Program-made: the position numbers and the translations under genes
In this document: positions 57,477 to 64,000 of the stretch, piece by piece
How the letters are laid out: every line of letters begins with the position of its first letter
How positions within the stretch are numbered: the stretch's first letter is position 1
DNA from: an uncultured virus (IMG/VR IMGVR_UViG_3300037010_004438)
Lineage: Duplodnaviria; Heunggongvirae; Uroviricota; Caudoviricetes
Reading direction: 5' to 3' (one strand)
IMG/VR virus record: IMGVR_UViG_3300037010_004438
Length of the DNA stretch: 64,000 nt
Notes under the pieces: model-generated
What the model saw: the letters and a program-made list of their open reading frames with translations, nothing else
What the model was told of the DNA's origin: nothing
Databases searched by the model: none

Positions 57477-58294
57477 GCGGGCAGCTTCTTGTCGAGCCCC
57501 ATCTGCGCGGCGGCGTATCCCTCGTTGTAGCCGATGGCGTACATGTCGAGGTTCGGAGCCTCGAAGCTCGCGGCGCTTCTCGGCATCCTGGCGCTACCGT
57601 CTTGCCATCCTTGTTGCCAGCCCATGCGCATCGACGGCGCGCCGAGGCGGAGGAAGGCAGCCTGGTAGAGCGGCGTGTCCCAGTGGAATTCGATGGCGCC
57701 TCGGATCGTGCGCCCGGTGACGTTTCCGCGGCTGTCGGTCCCGAGCCCCGCGAGCCCCGGGTATTCGGCGGAGCCGGGCGTCGCGATGATGGATCTGTCG
57801 TCGATGTCGCGCATCGCGGTGCCGGCGGCGGCGTTGTACGCGTAGATTTTCGTCGCCGTCTTCCACTCGTTGCCCGCTCGGGTCCACGGGCTCGCCTGGT
57901 AGTACGCGTCGATGATCGGGATCTGCTTGCCGACGGTCATCTTCACGACCTCGTCGGCGAACTTCTTCCAGTCAGGGAAGTTCGACTGATCGCCCGGCAC
58001 CTTCTCTCCGGGGATGAGCCCGGCGCCGGCGGCGGCGGCGCGGGTGAGCTGGTTGAGACCGACGGCGATCGGCCACTCGTAGCGATTGCGCGGATTGCGC
58101 GCGGAGGGTTCGAGGTCGTGCGACTCGCTCGTGATGACCGTGAGCAGGTCGAACGGGTCCATGCGGTTCTTCTTCGCCATGGCCTCGAAGGCGACGAAGT
58201 CTTCGTCGGTCCACGCGGGGGTGAGGAGCTGGGCCGCGCGAAGGCTCTGGCGCTTCGCGTCCTGGAAGATCGACTGCTTCTGGTCGGGGGTCAT
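57464..58294 (-). CDS. lytic transglycosylase/lysozyme-like protein
   Basis: DLLTVITSES..PSARNP..AVGLNQL (ES...GLxQ pattern), IYAYN. Confidence 0.55.
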   Translation of the reverse strand: MTPDQKQSIFQDAKRQSLRAAQLLTPAWTDEDFVAFEAMAKKNRMDPFDLLTVITSESHDLEPSARNPRNRYEWPIAVGLNQLTRAAAAGAGLIPGEKVPGDQSNFPDWKKFADEVVKMTVGKQIPIIDAYYQASPWTRAGNEWKTATKIYAYNAAAGTAMRDIDDRSIIATPGSAEYPGLAGLGTDSRGNVTGRTIRGAIEFHWDTPLYQAAFLRLGAPSMRMGWQQGWQDGSARMPRSAASFEAPNLDMYAIGYNEGYAAAQMGLDKKLPAYLA

Positions 58295-58506
58295 GGAGGT
58301 CCCTAAAGAGCCAGAGGAAACGTGGTCGGAAGAGAAAACTTCGCCCGCCCCACACCCACACCCCACGCCCCACGCGCGAGCGGCGAGCGAAATCGAAGAC
58401 GAGAAGGAAGGGCAGGAAGGAGGGCTCGCCTTCGGCGAGCAGGAGCAGGAGCGGGAGGGGGAGAGGGAGGGGAGGGGGAGGGGGAGGGGGAGCGCCGAAG
58501 CGGCGC

Positions 58507-58935
58507 TTAGGGGATCCACTCGATGTACAGGCCGCCGGAGGTGAGGATGGCAGCGTCCGTCGCCCCGAGGGCGAGGATACGCGTTGGAAGGCCGCTACCT
58601 CCGAACGGGTATTTCTTGCCGTCGACGAACTGGAGGGGGACGAGGACGCTGCGCCCGAGCCCGCGCTGAATTTGCGCCCAGGTGATGGCCGCGGGGGCAG
58701 CGGGTTCGAGGTCCTTCAGCGTGATGGCGTCGAGGTTGACGAGGGCGATGGCAGAGGGGACGAGATCGAATCCCTTTGCGGCAAGAAGCGCTCCCGCCTT
58801 TGCGGAGAGGGCCTTCTTGGCAGCCGCGTCGAGCGGCGCGGCGGATTTCGCCTTGGCGCTCGCGACGCCGGCGAAGAGCAGGATCGCTCCTCCCACGAGG
58901 AGGAAGGGGATCGCCTTTTTGATCGACGCGCTCAT
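58507..58935 (-). CDS. exported or membrane-anchored hypothetical protein
   Basis: N-terminal KK plus hydrophobic helix and ASA. Confidence 0.65.
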   Translation of the reverse strand: MSASIKKAIPFLLVGGAILLFAGVASAKAKSAAPLDAAAKKALSAKAGALLAAKGFDLVPSAIALVNLDAITLKDLEPAAPAAITWAQIQRGLGRSVLVPLQFVDGKKYPFGGSGLPTRILALGATDAAILTSGGLYIEWIP

Positions 58936-58991
58936 GTGCCCCATCGTAGGGAAAACGCCTCTCCGCCGCAACGGAGGCGAGTTTTGATAGC

Positions 58992-59020
58992 TTGACAGAA
59001 GAGCCTCCCGCGACTAGCTT
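58992..59020 (+). promoter_or_regulatory. sigma70-like promoter of the methylase gene
   Basis: TTGACA-17 nt-TAGCTT. Confidence 0.55.
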
Positions 59021-59097
59021 CAGTCGGCGCGTATCGAGAAAAAACCTTCATTCCATCGAGAGACCTTCGCGGAGTGACGAACTCCTCAAGGAGCAGC

Positions 59098-59982
59098 ATG
59101 AATACTGAGTTCGCAGGGACGGGGGCCGCGGCCGCCGGCCAAGACACCGAAGGCTGCAAGCCCTTCATCAGGTTCGCGGGCGGCAAGACGCAGCTCCTCG
59201 GAGACCTCCTGCCCCTCGTCCGCGGGGAGGTGGAGACGTACTTCGAGCCGTTCGTCGGCGGCGGAGCGATGTTCTTCGCGCTCGCCGCGGCACGCCTCTT
59301 CCGGCGCGCCGTCGTGAACGACAAGAACCACGAGCTGGCGAACGCCTACCGCGTCCTCCAGGAGCGCAAGGACGATCTCGCTCTTTTGCTCCGCGCGATG
59401 GAGGAGGCTTACCGGAAGTCGCCCGAGGCCTACTACTACGAGCTGCGGGCGAAGCTCCCGTCGGACCTCGGCGCGCTCGAAGCGGCCGCGCGCTTCATCT
59501 TCTTGAACAAGGCGGGGTACAACGGGCTCTACCGCGTCAACAAGTCGGGCGGATTCAACGTCTCTTGGGGTAAGCACGCGGAGGTGAAGACCTTCGACGA
59601 CGCGGCGCTGTCGGCGTCGAGCCGCGCCTTGAAGGGGGTAGTCGTCCTGAACGAGGACTTCGAGAAGGCGTGCGAGGGTGCGAAGGCGGGCGATCTCGTC
59701 TACTTCGACCCTCCGTATCTCCCGAAGAGCGAGACGGCCAACTTCACGAGCTACACGAAGGACGGCTTCACCGCGGAGGACCACGTCCGTCTTGCGGACG
59801 TCGGCCGGAGCCTCGCGCATCGAGGGGTCCGCGTCATCATCTCGAACGCGGACACGCCACTGACGCGGGAAATCTACAAGAATGGCTACCAGCGTCACGA
59901 AGTCGTCGCCTCGCGCACCATCAACAGCGTCGCCGAAAAGCGCGGAAAAGTCTGGGAGCTGATCTTGGTGGGAAGGGCGTAG
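59098..59982 (+). CDS. dam: Dam-family (D12 class) DNA adenine methyltransferase
   Basis: FAGGKTQL, EPFVGGG, GYNGLYRVN, YFDPPY, ISNA. Confidence 0.92.
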   Translation: MNTEFAGTGAAAAGQDTEGCKPFIRFAGGKTQLLGDLLPLVRGEVETYFEPFVGGGAMFFALAAARLFRRAVVNDKNHELANAYRVLQERKDDLALLLRAMEEAYRKSPEAYYYELRAKLPSDLGALEAAARFIFLNKAGYNGLYRVNKSGGFNVSWGKHAEVKTFDDAALSASSRALKGVVVLNEDFEKACEGAKAGDLVYFDPPYLPKSETANFTSYTKDGFTAEDHVRLADVGRSLAHRGVRVIISNADTPLTREIYKNGYQRHEVVASRTINSVAEKRGKVWELILVGRA

Positions 59983-60061
59983 ATAGACGCCCCGTTTTTC
60001 CCGTTCCCGTTCCCGACGCGAGCGGCGACCGGCGGCGCCCCTGAGGACCTTGAAAGAAAAG

Positions 60062-60114
60062 TTGATTTTCGAGCTATCGCGATATACTCTACCTTTTCGT
60101 CGGGGTGAGAAACC
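60062..60114 (+). promoter_or_regulatory. conserved promoter, copy 1
   Basis: TTGATT-TTCGAGCTATCGCGATA-TACTCT, then CGGGGTGAGAAACC. Confidence 0.7.
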
Positions 60115-60884
60115 CTTGGGAGGACATCATGCATACGGAAGGTCTCAAGAAGCTCGCGACGCTCATGTACGACATCGACGGCGAGCACGCCGAGCTCCTC
60201 GACGTGCACAAGTTGAAGGTCGTCGAGAAGAACGGCGTCGCCATCGAGGATGACGGCGCCGCCGTGAAGGGCGGCGGCAAGGCCGACGCGACGGAGGCGC
60301 CGTGAGCTGGGAGAAGGCGTCAGAAGATTTCATGCGCTCCGTTCGGAGCGCACTTCTCATCCTCGGAGCACTTCTCATCGTCGTCGCGATGCTCGCGGTC
60401 TATGTGGGCTATCGCGCAGGGGAGGCGGACGGATTTCGGCGCGGCAAGGAGGAGGGGGTTCGCCTCGCCTCGAAAGCTCGGCGGATGGAGGCGTGCGCGC
60501 AGGACGCGGGCGGAGGTGCTCAATGAGCGGCGACAGCGCCCGCCCGATGTACGCCGGCGAGGTCTGTCCGATGTACGCCGGCGAGGTCTGCTCAATGATG
60601 GAGAGCGATGAGCTGGACGATCTACTCGAAATCGAGACAATGCTCGCCGACGTTCTCTCCGCGTTCGAACAGGTCGTCCCCTCTCTTCCGGACCATGTCC
60701 GACAAGCAGTGACCCTTCACAACGAGGCGACCGATCGCCTTCGCATCTTTCTCGTCGAGGCCGCGAAGAAGGACGCGCTCGCGCCGCCGGCAACGGGCGC
60801 GGCCGCGAAGCGATGTCAGGCGCGCTGGGGCGGCGAAGGCGGCTCGCAGTGCAAGTACGAGCAAGGGCATAAGGGGCTCCACTC

Positions 60885-60979
60885 GTGCTCGTAGACGGAC
60901 GACGCTCCTGCTCGTAGACGGACGATGCTCCTGCTCGTAGACGGACGACGCTCCTGCTTGTAGACGGACGACGCTCCTG
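60885..60979 (+). repeat. 22-bp tandem repeat x4
   Basis: GCTCGTAGACGGACGACGCTCCT-like units. Confidence 0.85.
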
Positions 60980-61025
60980 GCCGAAGGCGGGCGCCCCAGA
61001 CAACAAGTGCATCGGAGGAAGATTC

Positions 61026-61340
61026 ATGCCGCAGTTCGTTCCCTGGCCCGACATCGAGAGCTTTCACAACGTCCGCAAGGCCGCGGAGAAGTACCCGCAC
61101 ATCCTCGGCGGCATCTTCGGGACGGTCCTTACCGAGGCCCGCCTCGAACAGGGCGCGCGGGCCGTCGCGGGCGGAGACCTCGTGTTCGAGAAGAAGAACC
61201 TCGGCGCCTTCATCGGACGGGTCTGCAAGGACGTCGAGAAGGAGACGGGCGACGAGCTGGCGGCGGCGAACCTCGCCTGGAAGGAGGTCCAGAAGGCCGT
61301 CAGCGACGCTGCTCGCGTGTGGTTCTTGGCGAAGCTCTAG
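61026..61340 (+). pseudogene. probable internally deleted RNA ligase-family gene
   Basis: N-terminal FVPWPDIESFHNVR joined directly to VLTEARLEQG..GAFI..V.KDVEKE C-terminal-type segment; no KxxG catalytic motif. Confidence 0.5.
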
Positions 61341-61358
61341 CGAAAAAGGCGAGCGCCC

Positions 61359-61410
61359 TTGCCATTCCAGCTATCGCGATATATGGTGTTCCTGCCCGGG
61401 TGAGAAGCCG
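61359..61410 (+). promoter_or_regulatory. conserved promoter, copy 2
   Basis: TTGCCA-TTCCAGCTATCGCGATA-TATGGT, then CCGGGTGAGAAGCC. Confidence 0.7.
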
Positions 61411-61607
61411 CACGGCTCGGCCGCGGACTTCGACCTCGCGATGACACTCGCGGCCTTCTACAACCACGACCGCAGCATCACAGTCGCGAAGGTCGCGCTC
61501 GTCGAGCTGGACGCCGCCGCCGCGGTCGACATGAGCTTCTTCATCATGCCGACGGTCGTGAGTACGAAGACCGGCGAGACGCTCTGGACGCCGGAAAGGA
61601 GGATTGC

Positions 61608-62147
61608 GTGAAGATCAGCATCAAGAAGCGCATGATCGAGAAGGGGCTCGATTTCGCGGCGAACGGCTTTCTTCCGGGCGTCGAGCGCGACGTTCATCCT
61701 GAGCGCGAAGAGAACTGGACGGCGAACTACGCGATCTTCATGCTCGACGTCGTCGAGCCGCCGGACGAGGTGCGCGCCTACTTCGACGTGAGCCTCTTCC
61801 TCCGCGACTTCGCGGACGGCCTAGTCAAGCTCTTTGGGCGCAACGCGCGCTACGTGCGCGGCTGCTACGGGCAGGACGAAAAGGCGAAGATCGGCGAGAT
61901 CATCGTCCGCTTCTGGATGCGCGATAGTTGGGGCGCGGAGGTCGAGGTCGAGCGCATCCGCGAGAAGATGGACGTCAAGAAGGCCGACAAGAAGGCTGAC
62001 AAGAAGGCGGTCAAGAAGGAGGTTAAGAAGGAGGTCAAGAAGTCTGTCAAGAAGGCGGCGAAGAAGGCGGCGAAGAGGGGCGCCAAGAAGGTCTCCAAGC
62101 AGAAGGGCTCCAAGCCTTCCGAGAAGGTCTCCAGGAGAACGCGATGA
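61608..62147 (+). CDS. hypothetical protein with Lys-rich histone-like tail
   Basis: GGAGG RBS; KKAxKK repeats. Confidence 0.65.
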   Translation: MKISIKKRMIEKGLDFAANGFLPGVERDVHPEREENWTANYAIFMLDVVEPPDEVRAYFDVSLFLRDFADGLVKLFGRNARYVRGCYGQDEKAKIGEIIVRFWMRDSWGAEVEVERIREKMDVKKADKKADKKAVKKEVKKEVKKSVKKAAKKAAKRGAKKVSKQKGSKPSEKVSRRTR

Positions 62148-62446
62148 GCGCCCGCCACGTCATCGTTCTCAGCTTCCTCGCAGCGGCAGGGCTTTTGAGC
62201 TGGGGCTTCGCGTTCTACGTGGTTCGCCGCGCGGAGAAGATTCGCGCGGTCGGCAGAAAGGAGGAATCGCCGCGAGCATCGATTCACTTCAAGGTCGAGA
62301 AGAAGCATGTGGAGGAGACGACCCCTCCCGAAGAGCGCCGCTCAGGCGATCGGATGCAGTTCCGGCGCGAGACGGGCCTCGTGAGGTCGCGGTCGAAGAA
62401 CGAGAAGAAGCGCGAGCGCCGTCTCGCCGCGGAACAAGGAGCGTAG
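62144..62446 (+). CDS. single-pass membrane protein
   Basis: N-terminal TM helix; ATGA overlap. Confidence 0.6.
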   Translation: MSARHVIVLSFLAAAGLLSWGFAFYVVRRAEKIRAVGRKEESPRASIHFKVEKKHVEETTPPEERRSGDRMQFRRETGLVRSRSKNEKKRERRLAAEQGA

Positions 62447-63103
62447 GCCGTGTGCGATCCCTTCCTTCATTCATCGCGCCAGATGCGAAGAGCGGTTCGG
62501 CGCAGCCTTCGCGATCCGTCGGGCAGAAACCTGCGCAAATTCCTCTCGTGGTACCTGCGGTGCTGCAACGCATGGATGGTGAGGTACGCGCCGAACCTCG
62601 GTCGAGATGACCGTTCCGTTCGCTACGAGGGCAAGCTCCACTTCCGGAGGGAGACGGCTCGCCAATTCCTCCTCGACGAAGAGGAGCGGAGGGATCTGTT
62701 CATCGCGTGTTCCTGGCCGGTCGGAGGGCAATATGTCGCGCGATGACGAGGACGCTCCCGCGCCGAAGAGTCCGTCGATGGGCTTCTCTGCGAAGTCAAT
62801 GGGCTTCTCTGCGAAGTCGATGGGTCTCTCCGCGAAGTCGATGGCTTTCTGGAAGTCGAAGCCGCTCGTCGTGTTCGTGTCGGACCGCCTCGACGTCTCG
62901 GAAGCGGAGTTCGAAGCGCACTACCGCACGCGTATCGAGGCGCTCCGCCAGATGGGGCGAGGTTCGTCATCGGCGACGCTCGAAGGACGCTCTGATCAAA
63001 GAGGATCGGTAAGATGCTTCTCTGGAGAAGGGCGACTTGTTGCGGCGGCTGGTTTGGGGACGCGGAGGATGAGGTCGATCATCTTCCGTGCAGGGAGAGG
63101 ACC

Positions 63104-63568
63104 ATGAAGAACGTGTTCGAGAGCCGGTTTGTCGTAAAGGCGCTGCAGGGACCGGAGCACGGGGATGGGATGGACGACCGTCCCTACTGGACCGCCGTCG
63201 TCTCCGAGCCGCCCGGCGTCGCGCACGTCTGGGGAAAGAAGAACGAGGCTGCGATCTTCGCGACGGAGATGGACGCGATGATGGTGAGCCGGCTCGCGAC
63301 GCGAGACGGGTTCCCGTGCGCCATCGAGGAGCTGGACGAGGACGTCTCAGGCATCCTCAACCAGGGCGCGGACGAGAGCCTCGCCGACGCGGCGAGAAGG
63401 GTCGTTCGAGAGCGCCTCGAAGCGCAGGACCTTCTTCTCGGAATCGGCAGGCTGGTCGACCAGCATGTCGAGGACGGCGAGTCGCTCCTCGACGCCGTTC
63501 GGCGTACGGCCGCTTTGGCTCGCAGAGCGAGCGCTGCAGGAAGGCCGATTCGTCCCAAGAACGCTTGA
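63104..63568 (+). CDS. hypothetical protein
   Basis: GGAGAGG RBS before MKNVF. Confidence 0.6.
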   Translation: MKNVFESRFVVKALQGPEHGDGMDDRPYWTAVVSEPPGVAHVWGKKNEAAIFATEMDAMMVSRLATRDGFPCAIEELDEDVSGILNQGADESLADAARRVVRERLEAQDLLLGIGRLVDQHVEDGESLLDAVRRTAALARRASAAGRPIRPKNA

Positions 63569-63783
63569 CGCTCTTCGGAGAATGGACCATCGAGTTCCAT
63601 GAAGCAAGAGTTCGTAATCCGGTGCTACCACATTCTCTTCTGGCTCCTTCTGCTCTGCGGGTACTCCGGCCTCGCGAGCCTCGCGAGGCTGAGCCTTACA
63701 ACGACCGCCCTTGGAGGCGCCTGCATCGGGCTCGGGTCGGCGTTCTACGTTGCCTACCGGATGAAGAAGTCGCAAGACGAAGA

Positions 63784-63847
63784 TTGACATTCGAGCTATC
63801 GCGATATAACCTCGACGCTGCTTGATGAACTCGCCCGGTGAGAAACC
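63784..63847 (+). promoter_or_regulatory. conserved promoter, copy 3
   Basis: TTGACA-TTCGAGCTATCGCGATA-TAACCT, then CCCGGTGAGAAACC. Confidence 0.7.
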
Positions 63848-64000
63848 GAAGGAGAGGACATGACGACGCGCGGAGAGATTCAGGAGCGGCCGGTCACCGG
63901 AAAGGCGAAAGGTGCGACGCGCGGCATTATCGCCCGCGACACGTTCGATCACGAGGACTACCCGGTCTACGTGATGTCGGGCCAGGATCCGAAGAAGAAG

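Noticed and set aside
58320..58500. N-terminal extension of ORF 57464-58519
   Set aside because: Low-complexity purine/pyrimidine-biased intergenic tract; the probable start is the ATG at 58294.
60885..60979. 22-bp, 25-bp (44441) and 12-bp (30767) repeats as CRISPR arrays
   Set aside because: Head-to-tail repeats with no unique spacers.
1..64000. Genome-wide TAG reassignment
   Set aside because: Conserved long genes are uninterrupted under code 11, and several TAGs sit at natural protein ends (e.g. dam 59982, peptidase 53619).

Overview
High-GC, gene-dense segment of what looks like a large phage or phage-like element; a myxobacterial-type host is only inferred. Layout: a mostly non-coding, repeat-rich block at ~1.7-4.7 kb; a minus-strand block at ~7.4-29.4 kb (5'-3' exonuclease, CUA-anticodon tRNA, ParB-like, VWA, DUF932-like, Gly-rich/DUF6948-like paralogues, many small hypotheticals); a repeat-rich divergence zone at ~29.6-31.5 kb; and a mainly plus-strand DNA-metabolism/accessory block from ~32.7 kb (histone H1-like protein, SET domain, RecD/Dda-like helicase, KGG proteins, metallophosphoesterase, RusA-like, family-B polymerase, Cas12m/TnpB-like RuvC protein, MazG-like, NUDIX, RelE-like, Dam-like methylase). 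No capsid, terminase or tail genes were recognised. Top candidate for a new system: a stand-alone 643-aa Cas12m-like effector (47910-49841) plus a cryptic guide-like array ~43 kb away (1772-2097 and 3803-4621). The array has ~20 repeats that share little sequence but keep one covarying pseudoknot fold, separated by ~16-18 nt segments and preceded by a boxA-like element. All family calls come from recognising motifs by eye; no database search was run.
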